This document shows positions 53,278-61,513 of a stretch of 64,000 nt of DNA, one piece after another. Under the pieces are notes generated by a model. The model worked only from the letters and a program-made list of their open reading frames with translations, was not told where the DNA came from and made no database searches. Each line of letters opens with the position of its first letter. The stretch's first letter is position 1. The stretch is from the NCBI GenBank assembly GCA_964616485.1, contig CAZTRB010000001.1, positions 5,247 to 69,246 on the forward strand, in the 5' to 3' direction. The position numbers and the translations under genes are program-made. This stretch comes from an uncultured Muribaculaceae bacterium (GTDB lineage Bacteria; Bacillota_I; Bacilli_A; RF39; UBA660).

Positions 53278-56200
53278 ATGAAAAAACATATAAAATCAAT
53301 GAAATTACAATTTTTATTTGTAATTTTATTGGTAATATCACTAAATCAAGTAGTATTAGCTAATGGAACTGAAGCAAGACCTACACAAGACTCTTTAAAA
53401 GAAGCAAGCTTTCATTGGCCAGGTAGCGGTTCTGCTAATAGTTATGCAACGATAACAAATGCCGGAAAAAAGTGTGAACCAACCGACTTATGTTTTTCTG
53501 AAAATGCAATGTATGTTAAGCTTTTAAGGTATGATTACAAAACTAAAAATGTTGAAACAGTTGCAACGATTTTGTTTTATAATGGTGGAACCTTGAGCGA
53601 TGCTACTGTAGTTGATAAACCAGCAGAAGAAGCTGAACGTGTTGATTCTTGGCTTTTGAATTTTATTGGTTCAGTATTAGATTTAGCAAAAGCGGAGCTT
53701 ATGGATGGGCATACAACAGGTAAGGCAACCGTAGATAAACCTTATAAAGTTAGTCATTCTTTTTATGCGTTCGAAGAAATAACAATCTATGATAAACAGC
53801 ATATTAAAGTTTGCTCGACATCTAAAGATTGTACTAGTGGAAAAGTAAAAGTGATCTATGATCCCAATTTGCCTAAGTTAAGAAATGGGACTTTAGCTAA
53901 TTATGTTAAAGAGATTTTACAAGGTAAATATTTTGCAAGTACAGCCGCAATTAAAGAGACTTTTGGAGTAAATAACTACGATTTGAGGAATTTAGAGGAA
54001 TATTATTTTGCTTTTGAACCGGTCGCTAGGGTTGGTATTGAAAGGAAAGAAGATATTCTCAATGAAAAATATGAGCAAAAGATATCCACATTAACGCCTG
54101 ATAAAGTTGACCCTTGGTTCTACTTATATTGCCCACTAAGTCGTGAAAATAGATGGGTACGAGCGACTTCAATAGATGATGCAATCAACTCAATTACAGT
54201 TCCTTGTGGGAGTACAACTACTACCTATAGTTGTTCATTAAATTCGAATACATATAGTTCTTCATCTAATTGTAAAAGTGGTTGTAAAAAGACTACTTAT
54301 AAAGGTTATGGCTGTGCTGGAAATTCGCCGGATACAGCTATTACATATGACTCGGAAAAGAAATGTAACGATGAATGTGATACTACTTGTACATCGTCTA
54401 CAACTTCTGGAACTTGTACAGAAAACACGACCTCGAATACAGGTAGTTGGGAATATAGTTATAAAGCGGAAATGATAGGAGGAGAAATTAGATATTCAAT
54501 CTTGTTTACACGAGAATATAAAGGGGTGTCAAAATTAGTCCCTGCTAGAGAAACGGGAAAGTTGAGTTTAATTAGATCTTTGGTTTCTGATTATTATGGT
54601 GGTCCAGTTAAACACTGTATTTTAGATAGTAATAATGAGTGTACTAATAAATTTGAATATTATATTGGACCTACTTTAAATACTGCACTAGTAAGTGGTG
54701 GTGGAGACTCTAAATACCAACTTTGGGATTATGACTTAGGAGCAGCTGCTATAACTTCTGGAACTGCGTCTACTTATTCAGTTGGAGTATCATATTGGTG
54801 GCTTCCTGATGTAATACAATGTACAGACCCAGATGTTTGTGGTGGAAAGCAAGGAGATGAACTTCTTAAATGTGCTGAAAACTTTTGTGATAATGCGATT
54901 GCTTATGACTCTAGGGCAAACACAAACAAATTGAAAGAAGCTTGCATTTTAAATGATTGCGATTATAAGTATACTAGATTTAATTGTTTAAATAACAACC
55001 CATATTTAAGTGCTGCGACTCCAGATACCTCACTTTCTATTAATGCAACAAATGTGTGTAGTACTGTTGAAACAGGTAGATTGCCGAATGGACCGTCCGA
55101 AAAAAATATTAGAACGATAACTACTTGTGAGTCAGATACGAGTACAGTATTTGATCAAATGAATTTCTTAATCGTTGCTTGCAAAGAGAGTTCGTCGTTT
55201 AAATATAAAGACTTATCGACCAGAAAAATTGTTGCTGGCGAAGGCTTAGATTATTTTGCTAAACTAAAAGGTGAAAAAGAATGCTCTGTTTTTATCGATG
55301 TTGACTCTTGGAAACTCGTATACGCTTCGATTCATTCTAAAGATGAAGTAATTATTACAAAAGGTGGCGTGAAAACAGTTAAAAATTCTAGACAATTAAT
55401 GGAAGAGCTTTTAGATTATTTCAATAGTGGTTTAAAAAACGGAGTTAATGTTTCAATTGGGATAGATTTTGCAGGTAACGATGTAGCTATCTCATGGGAT
55501 CAATTAAATTATTCAATAAATAAAGTAAGTGTTAAGACCAAAGTAACAGAGATAATTAATAATAAAAAAGAACATTCAAATGAATATACTCTTGTTAGAG
55601 GAAATACGATTGAAGATGGAACACCAACAACAACTTCGACAGCAACAAATTATACTGTTGGTTATGGCAGATATGTTGGAAAGACAATGAGCATTAATAG
55701 TTATATTAATAGGAGTGTCGTAGATGTTAATTATGTATTTGATAAACATTGTGTTACGTCAGATGGAAGAGCGTCTATTTACGGAGCAGATGCACAAGGT
55801 AAGTGTAATGATGGAAATCCGGGACGAAACGTATACTATACGAGTTTAAATGCGACACCAGATAGAGACTTTATCGATGCTTTTAAACCAATTGGTGAAG
55901 GGCACTCTATAAATAAAACAGTCGCCGAAATTAAAAAGAATGTAATAGGCAATGATATATATTTAAAAGACGACGAATTTTGTCCGTATCATATTGATGG
56001 AGGCGACGATGTTAATGGAGATTTTGGATGTACAGTCGTATTAACCCCAAAACCTGGCACAGAGATGCATGGTAACAAGATTTTTGTTGGAGGAGTTATA
56101 GCAACATTAGAAATCCAAGACAATTTAAAAAATGATATAACAATTGCAAGTTATGGAATATGTCCATATGCACACCATGAAGAAAATGGATTAATAACAA

Positions 56201-57234
56201 TCGATATAGATAAACAAGATAATTATGCTGGTGAAGAAACAGTCGATATAACAGGAGTAGTTACGACTAGCAATGGTGGAATTAGGACTTGTCGTACACA
56301 AGTTGTTCTTATCTCTGATGACACAGGATGTCCAGCAAAATGTAGTGTAGAAAAAACGGCCGTAGATAACTTATATGAAATAGTCGATATATATAACAAC
56401 GCTCAGAATGTTTATACGGCAACTTCTCGTGACATTACTTTTATAAGAGTTTCAAAAAACATGGATAGGGATAGCCGTTTTAATGGGAAATATATTGTAA
56501 GAGCTGATAAGACAGAATATAGCTATTATTTATATGGAAAAGTTACTAACGTTATAGGTTCTCAACCATGTTCTAACGTTTGTTGGAATAAACTACCAGG
56601 TCCAGAATTAACCAATTGTAAAGCATTATACAAAGGTGGTGAAGTAGCTAAGATAAAAAAATATTGCGATTCATCTTGGGATAAAGATATTAATGCTTAT
56701 GAAAGCTCTAGCGATTGCGTTACTCAATGTAGTAGTGGGATATGTGAGTTGAGTGATGATTTACCAAAAGTTTCAAATGAATGTAACATAGACTTTGCCA
56801 ATTGGGGATTTGTGAATGTTTCTTCTTGTATAAATTATTGTTACAAATCACCCGGTGGTTCAGATTATCTATATCGACCTATATTAAATAAAGATCCTTT
56901 TCCTAATTCTCATATTTCAGAAGTAAAAGGAAAAAGAATAATAGGTGCTAACTGGATAGGTAAAGAGCATTATATAACAGATGATGACGATGACTTTACT
57001 AGCGCGACGGGAGCGCATGCTAATACAAATGTCGAATTTGTAATTGATTTAACCCCAAGTGATATTAGAAGAATAAGAGAAGACATTAAAAAGTATAATG
57101 ACTCAGCGAAAGGAAACGATTCATACTTAGACTATGTTTATAGGAAAGGTGTCGATGAAAAAGGGAAATATCAAAGTAAGTTTATCCATGAAACGTTTAA
57201 CGATTTATTTAAAGTAACTAATGGTGAAAGATAA
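53278..57234 (+). CDS. Very large secreted cysteine-rich protein (1318 aa), unknown family
   Basis: AGGAGG SD. Sec-type signal peptide MKKHIKSMKLQFLFVILLVISLNQVVLA/NG. About 45 Cys counted by eye. No LPXTG motif, lipobox or C-terminal anchor. Uninterrupted 3.96-kb ORF in AT-rich DNA. Confidence 0.85.
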   Translation: MKKHIKSMKLQFLFVILLVISLNQVVLANGTEARPTQDSLKEASFHWPGSGSANSYATITNAGKKCEPTDLCFSENAMYVKLLRYDYKTKNVETVATILFYNGGTLSDATVVDKPAEEAERVDSWLLNFIGSVLDLAKAELMDGHTTGKATVDKPYKVSHSFYAFEEITIYDKQHIKVCSTSKDCTSGKVKVIYDPNLPKLRNGTLANYVKEILQGKYFASTAAIKETFGVNNYDLRNLEEYYFAFEPVARVGIERKEDILNEKYEQKISTLTPDKVDPWFYLYCPLSRENRWVRATSIDDAINSITVPCGSTTTTYSCSLNSNTYSSSSNCKSGCKKTTYKGYGCAGNSPDTAITYDSEKKCNDECDTTCTSSTTSGTCTENTTSNTGSWEYSYKAEMIGGEIRYSILFTREYKGVSKLVPARETGKLSLIRSLVSDYYGGPVKHCILDSNNECTNKFEYYIGPTLNTALVSGGGDSKYQLWDYDLGAAAITSGTASTYSVGVSYWWLPDVIQCTDPDVCGGKQGDELLKCAENFCDNAIAYDSRANTNKLKEACILNDCDYKYTRFNCLNNNPYLSAATPDTSLSINATNVCSTVETGRLPNGPSEKNIRTITTCESDTSTVFDQMNFLIVACKESSSFKYKDLSTRKIVAGEGLDYFAKLKGEKECSVFIDVDSWKLVYASIHSKDEVIITKGGVKTVKNSRQLMEELLDYFNSGLKNGVNVSIGIDFAGNDVAISWDQLNYSINKVSVKTKVTEIINNKKEHSNEYTLVRGNTIEDGTPTTTSTATNYTVGYGRYVGKTMSINSYINRSVVDVNYVFDKHCVTSDGRASIYGADAQGKCNDGNPGRNVYYTSLNATPDRDFIDAFKPIGEGHSINKTVAEIKKNVIGNDIYLKDDEFCPYHIDGGDDVNGDFGCTVVLTPKPGTEMHGNKIFVGGVIATLEIQDNLKNDITIASYGICPYAHHEENGLITIDIDKQDNYAGEETVDITGVVTTSNGGIRTCRTQVVLISDDTGCPAKCSVEKTAVDNLYEIVDIYNNAQNVYTATSRDITFIRVSKNMDRDSRFNGKYIVRADKTEYSYYLYGKVTNVIGSQPCSNVCWNKLPGPELTNCKALYKGGEVAKIKKYCDSSWDKDINAYESSSDCVTQCSSGICELSDDLPKVSNECNIDFANWGFVNVSSCINYCYKSPGGSDYLYRPILNKDPFPNSHISEVKGKRIIGANWIGKEHYITDDDDDFTSATGAHANTNVEFVIDLTPSDIRRIREDIKKYNDSAKGNDSYLDYVYRKGVDEKGKYQSKFIHETFNDLFKVTNGER

Positions 57235-57242
57235 AAAGCAGT

Positions 57243-57272
57243 AAACAGTATAGAAAAATCTATACTGTTTTC
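57243..57272 (+). terminator. Rho-independent terminator after the 1318-aa gene
   Basis: AAACAGTATAG-6 nt-CTATACTGTTT followed by a T-rich tail. Confidence 0.8.
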
Positions 57273-57349
57273 TCTCTTTAAACTAAAGTGAAATAGAGGT
57301 TTTCAACTTAAATATGTAGTGTTAAGTCTGTCCTTTTTTTGGATAAATC

Positions 57350-57378
57350 TTGACTTTTTACTCTTTCTTTGCTAGAAT
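57350..57378 (+). promoter_or_regulatory. sigma-A promoter of the ankyrin-repeat gene
   Basis: TTGACT (57350-57355), 17-nt spacer, TAGAAT (57373-57378). The track ATG at 57379 abuts the -10 element and therefore cannot be on the transcript. Confidence 0.55.
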
Positions 57379-57414
57379 ATGGAATTGTCACGTGTAAAGA
57401 AGAGGTGTATTAAA

Positions 57415-58098
57415 GTGTTTTATAATGAATTAAAAACAATCAATGCTTGTGATGATGACCCGTCCCTGATTTTTCAACTACTTAGGGAAAATCATATTGA
57501 ATTAATCGATAAGATATTATCGAGAAAGACATTTGATATTAATGTAGTTGATGAAAATGGAAACAATATTTTAACGAGACTGTTAAAAAGAGGATACTAT
57601 GATATCGTATTAAACCATCTTAAAGATAAGAGATGGAATATAAACCACCAAAATAATGATGGTGATACATTTATGCATGTTTTAGTTACGATGAACTACG
57701 TTAGTGTAGTCGACATAATTAAAGCGGTTAAGAAGAATAAAGACTTGCTTCTTAATATAAAGAATAATGAAGGCGAAACGATTCTCGATAAATCTATTAA
57801 ATATGGATATATTTATACTACTTCTAAGATATTGGAAGATGAGAGATTCGATAATGTCGGAATTTTGTCTTTTAAGAATTTATATGAGACTTATATTAAG
57901 ACTAATATTTATGGAAAATATACTAAACTTAATAATTTAGAAATGATTATCGATAATTTAGAAAATAAAGACGTTAGTCCTAAAGTAAAAGAGTTAATAG
58001 AAAATTTAAAAGATAACTTTGAAGATATTAAAAATGATTTTATAAACAATAAGACTGATAATATCGATTATCTTGTAAACAAAATATTGTTTGAATAA
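57415..58098 (+). CDS. Ankyrin-repeat protein (about 227 aa, no signal peptide)
   Basis: GTG 57415 lies 7 nt after an AGAGGTG SD. About 3-4 degenerate ANK repeats (NGNNILTRLLKRGYYDIVLNHL; DGDTFMHVLV...VVDIIKAV; EGETILDKSIKYGY..T.SKIL). Confidence 0.65.
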   Translation: MFYNELKTINACDDDPSLIFQLLRENHIELIDKILSRKTFDINVVDENGNNILTRLLKRGYYDIVLNHLKDKRWNINHQNNDGDTFMHVLVTMNYVSVVDIIKAVKKNKDLLLNIKNNEGETILDKSIKYGYIYTTSKILEDERFDNVGILSFKNLYETYIKTNIYGKYTKLNNLEMIIDNLENKDVSPKVKELIENLKDNFEDIKNDFINNKTDNIDYLVNKILFE

Positions 58099-58166
58099 GA
58101 AGAAGTATCTTCTTATTTTTTTTTGTTTATGATAAAATACTATAAGACGAGAAAGAAGGTGATCAT

Positions 58167-59579
58167 ATGCAAATTCCAAATTATAAAGAAGCTCGTAAAA
58201 GAAATAATAATACTGTTGAGATAGAAACGTATACTATAGATGATAGTCTAACTAATATAGGTTTAAATAAAAAATATTATATTAAGACTTACGGTTGTCA
58301 AATGAATGAACATGATACGGAGAATATTAAAGCTCTTTTAGAAGAGATGAGTTTTACTGAAGAAGAAGACTATACTAAGGCTGATATAGTCATGATAAAC
58401 ACCTGTAGTATTAGAGAAAATGCTCATAATAAGGCTTTTGGTATGTTGGGTAGATTTAAACATTTAAAAGAAAAAAGACCTGATGTAATCGTCGGACTTT
58501 GTGGTTGTATGGCTCAAGAAGAAGGCGTAGTCAATAAAATAATCGAAAAGTATAAATGGTTAGATTTCGTTTTTGGTACTCATAATATTCATCGCTTTCC
58601 AGAAATATTGTCACGGGCATTAACAAATAAGGAGACTAATATCGAAGTCTTTAGTAAAGAGGGGAATATCGTCGAAGGAATGCCTGCTAAAAGAGCTAAT
58701 AAGTATAAGGCTTATGTAAATATTATGTATGGTTGTGATAAGTTTTGTACCTATTGTATAGTGCCTTATACTAGAGGAAAACAAAGGAGTAGGACGAAAG
58801 AAGACATTATAAAAGAAATAGAAGAATTAATTTCCAGTGGTTATAAGGAAGTTACTTTACTTGGACAAAATGTCAATGCTTATGGAAAAGATTTCTCTTA
58901 TAATTATAATTTAGAAAACTTATTAGAAGACGTTAGTAAGACTAATATTGAGAGAATCTATTTTATGACTAGTCATCCTTGGGACTTTACTGATGGAATG
59001 ATCGAAGTCATTAAAAAACATCAAAATATAATGCCCTATATCCATCTTCCAGTTCAATCCGGTTCATCTAAAATTTTAAAACTGATGGGTCGAAGATATA
59101 CTAAAGAAGACTACTTAACGCTCTTTGATAAGATAAGAATGATTCCTAATGTAACGATATCAACGGATATAATCGTTGGTTTTCCAGGAGAGACGGAAGA
59201 AGATTTCCAAGAGACAATCGATCTCGTTAAATATTGTAAATTTGATAACGGTTATTCTTTCATCTTTTCAGCAAGAGAAAATACTCCGGCTTTAAAATTG
59301 CCTGATACCGTATCATTAGAAGTAAAGAAAGAACGCTTATATAAACTAAATGAGATTTTAAACAAACACTTTTTAGAGAGTAATAAGAAAATGTTAGGTA
59401 AAAAAGTAAAGGTTTTAGTCGAGGGAATGAGTGAGAAAGAAGGCATGTATTTTGGATACACTGAGCAGAGGAAATTAGTTAATTTTACTCAGAAAAAAGA
59501 AAAGATTGGTGCGATAATAGACGTTGAGATAACGGCCTATAAGACTTGGAGTTTAGATGGACGAGCAGTTGAAGAGTAG
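58167..59579 (+). CDS. miaB: tRNA-i6A37 methylthiotransferase MiaB
   Basis: N-terminal YGCQMNEHD cluster, radical SAM CDKFCTYCIVP, C-terminal TRAM domain. Confidence 0.93.
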   Translation: MQIPNYKEARKRNNNTVEIETYTIDDSLTNIGLNKKYYIKTYGCQMNEHDTENIKALLEEMSFTEEEDYTKADIVMINTCSIRENAHNKAFGMLGRFKHLKEKRPDVIVGLCGCMAQEEGVVNKIIEKYKWLDFVFGTHNIHRFPEILSRALTNKETNIEVFSKEGNIVEGMPAKRANKYKAYVNIMYGCDKFCTYCIVPYTRGKQRSRTKEDIIKEIEELISSGYKEVTLLGQNVNAYGKDFSYNYNLENLLEDVSKTNIERIYFMTSHPWDFTDGMIEVIKKHQNIMPYIHLPVQSGSSKILKLMGRRYTKEDYLTLFDKIRMIPNVTISTDIIVGFPGETEEDFQETIDLVKYCKFDNGYSFIFSARENTPALKLPDTVSLEVKKERLYKLNEILNKHFLESNKKMLGKKVKVLVEGMSEKEGMYFGYTEQRKLVNFTQKKEKIGAIIDVEITAYKTWSLDGRAVEE

Positions 59580-59907
59580 TGTTTTATTAAAAACAGACGA
59601 GTTAGTCGATCTTATTAAAAATAGTCCTAACTATAAAAAATACATAGCTTTAAGAAAAGATATGTTAAAAAATAAAGAGATTAACAATTTGATTTCTAAG
59701 ATTAAAGAGAAACAAAAAGAAATAGTTAAATTAGAGTATTATGGCAAGAGTGTAGAAATAGAAGAAAAAGAATTGTCTTCATTAATTATAGAGTTAGAAG
59801 GATATCCGTTATATGTCGAATACTCATATGTACAAGAAGATTTAAATGATCTTTTTCAAGAAATAAGACTGACAATTGAAGAATATGTTAATAAAAAAAT
59901 CAAGTAA
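59557..59907 (+). CDS. ymcA: YmcA/YlbF (RicA-like) family protein
   Basis: About 116 aa, helical, located immediately after miaB as in B. subtilis ymcB-ymcA. Confidence 0.72.
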   Translation: MDEQLKSSVLLKTDELVDLIKNSPNYKKYIALRKDMLKNKEINNLISKIKEKQKEIVKLEYYGKSVEIEEKELSSLIIELEGYPLYVEYSYVQEDLNDLFQEIRLTIEEYVNKKIK

Positions 59908-59911
59908 TTAT

Positions 59912-60532
59912 TTACTTGATTTTTCTATATAAACCTATTGCTTTTCCTAGCAAAGATACATTATTTAAAAATATCGGTTCCATCGTATCATTTTCCGGTT
60001 GTAGTCTTACGCGATTGTTTTCCTTATAGAAAGTCTTTAGTGTAACTTGATTATCATCTGTCATAGCAGCTACGATTTCACCGTTATTAGCATTCTTACT
60101 CTTTTCTATTATTACTATATCCCCGTCATTTATACCTTTATTTATCATCGAAGTTCCCATAATCTTTAAGGCGAAAGCATCATTTTTAACGGGAATTAAA
60201 TTAATTGGTATTTGAAAGAATTCATCGGGGTTCTCGATTGCTTCGATCGGAGTACCAGCCGTTATCTTACCGATTAACGGAATAGTAGCAACGTCTTCGC
60301 TCTTCTCCAAATACTCATTAGGTACCAATAATTCCAAAGTCCTATTTTTAGACTTATTCTTTTTAATATAGCCTTTGCTCTCTAAACGACTTAAATGAAA
60401 ATGAACCGTAGCGGGAGAACTAAGGTTTAACTCTTTACCAATCTCTCTAACAGTGGGGGGATAACCATTTTCGGCAATGTGTTTTTTTAATGTAGTAAGT
60501 ATCTCATTTTGTTGAGTCGTTAACTTTTCCAT
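59912..60532 (-). CDS. lexA: LexA repressor
   Basis: wHTH GYPPTVREIG...S.ATV..HL..LE.KG, cleavage/peptidase S24 domain with GTSM and the K dyad. GGAGG SD before ATG 60532. Confidence 0.94.
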   Translation of the reverse strand: MEKLTTQQNEILTTLKKHIAENGYPPTVREIGKELNLSSPATVHFHLSRLESKGYIKKNKSKNRTLELLVPNEYLEKSEDVATIPLIGKITAGTPIEAIENPDEFFQIPINLIPVKNDAFALKIMGTSMINKGINDGDIVIIEKSKNANNGEIVAAMTDDNQVTLKTFYKENNRVRLQPENDTMEPIFLNNVSLLGKAIGLYRKIK

Positions 60533-60555
60533 AATATCTTCCTCCATACAACAAA

Positions 60556-60584
60556 ATATTATCATAAAGATAATTTTAAGTCAA
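60556..60584 (-). promoter_or_regulatory. sigma-A promoter of lexA
   Basis: On the minus strand: TTGACT (plus-strand coordinates 60579-60584), 17-nt spacer, TAATAT (60556-60561). Confidence 0.5.
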
Positions 60585-60594
60585 ACAATTGTTT
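60583..60594. promoter_or_regulatory. Perfect 12-nt palindrome AAACAATTGTTT, candidate LexA operator (Cheo-box variant)
   Basis: Resembles GAAC-N4-GTTC with symmetric G-to-A / C-to-T changes. It overlaps the lexA -35 by 2 nt and lies 5 nt upstream of the divergent -35. Confidence 0.45.
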
Positions 60595-60599
60595 TATTA

Positions 60600-60628
60600 T
60601 TGACTTTTTCGAGAAAATATGGTATTTT
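60600..60628 (+). promoter_or_regulatory. sigma-A promoter of the gene divergent from lexA
   Basis: TTGACT (60600-60605), 17-nt spacer ending in TGg, TATTTT (60623-60628). Confidence 0.5.
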
Positions 60629-60663
60629 AATTCCTTAACTAAATTTTAGGAGGGAAATATAGT

Positions 60664-61434
60664 ATGAGAGATACTTCATTACAATATGTGGTTTATACAG
60701 AGAACCAAGAGAAAAAAACTATCTTACTTGAAACGACTTCTTTATACTATATAGATCGCTATACTTCAAGGTTTAAAGATGAAAATGAATTTATTTCTAA
60801 TTATTCTAATAAAGATAAAATTTATGACTTTATTAGTAAGAATAATCCTCGCAGTGGTAGATTCTCTCTAATATATACGACTAGCCATAATACTAGAGAA
60901 GAGTTACCTTTAGTATTTAATCAAGAAGAGGAAGTCGTTTTAAAAGATGATTATAGCAGTAATGTTCTTTCTGAGATAGAAAAAGCTAGAAAGCTAATAC
61001 TAGATAGTAAAAATCAATTATTTGCTAAAATGTTTCTTTTAAGTAAAACTCTAGAGCCGACTATTGATTATAATCTGACGATTAGTTATTTAGAATCGTT
61101 AAAGTTAAAGAAATTGGGTATAGGTATTATCATGAATAATGACGAGTATTTCGTTAACTTTTATGATATATTAAAATACCGTGCCAATAATAAAAAACTA
61201 GGGTTTGTTAGAAATTTATTAGAAGATCTCCTAGATTTATGGAAAGAATTATTGTTTGATCGTCAGACAGAGTCGTTTTACTTTTACAGTAGACAACTTA
61301 AATTACTTATAAAACAATACGGTGAACTTTGTCGTCAAAATATATCTGTAAAGAATGTTAAGTTACATAAATTAACGAATGTTAATTATGCTTTAAATAA
61401 AACGAAGACTTATTATAATTTTAGAAAAAGATAA
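60664..61434 (+). CDS. Hypothetical cytoplasmic protein (256 aa) divergent from lexA
   Basis: AGGAGG SD. No TM segment, signal peptide or known motif. Confidence 0.72.
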   Translation: MRDTSLQYVVYTENQEKKTILLETTSLYYIDRYTSRFKDENEFISNYSNKDKIYDFISKNNPRSGRFSLIYTTSHNTREELPLVFNQEEEVVLKDDYSSNVLSEIEKARKLILDSKNQLFAKMFLLSKTLEPTIDYNLTISYLESLKLKKLGIGIIMNNDEYFVNFYDILKYRANNKKLGFVRNLLEDLLDLWKELLFDRQTESFYFYSRQLKLLIKQYGELCRQNISVKNVKLHKLTNVNYALNKTKTYYNFRKR

Positions 61435-61513
61435 TAGTCTTTTTTTTATAAAGTAGTATATATCTTTAAAAAATATTACTTTTGTTATACAATAAATGTA
61501 ATAGGATGGTTAT

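Noticed and set aside
54278-54475. 65-aa plus-strand ORF inside the 1318-aa gene.
   Set aside because: It is an alternative frame of the Cys/Ser/Thr-rich segment, with no SD. It is a by-product of the biased codon composition.
3336-59461. About two dozen 60-124 aa ORFs on the strand opposite to, or in a shadow frame of, well-supported genes. Examples: 3336-3551, 3783-3965, 4360-4656, 5625-5867, 11544-11753, 13076-13327, 13655-13876, 13880-14077, 17637-17843, 20173-20439, 23068-23349, 24974-25252, 31288-31506, 32308-32514, 33383-33568, 34597-34836, 35625-35999, 36915-37235, 43100-43288, 44148-44363, 44557-44769, 48742-49002, 51576-51806, 59252-59461.
   Set aside because: Each lies entirely within a longer ORF that has clear family motifs or good start signals. 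Their products are low-complexity (Ser/Leu/Phe/Ile-rich) and lack SD sequences. Such shadow ORFs are typical artefacts of AT-rich DNA.
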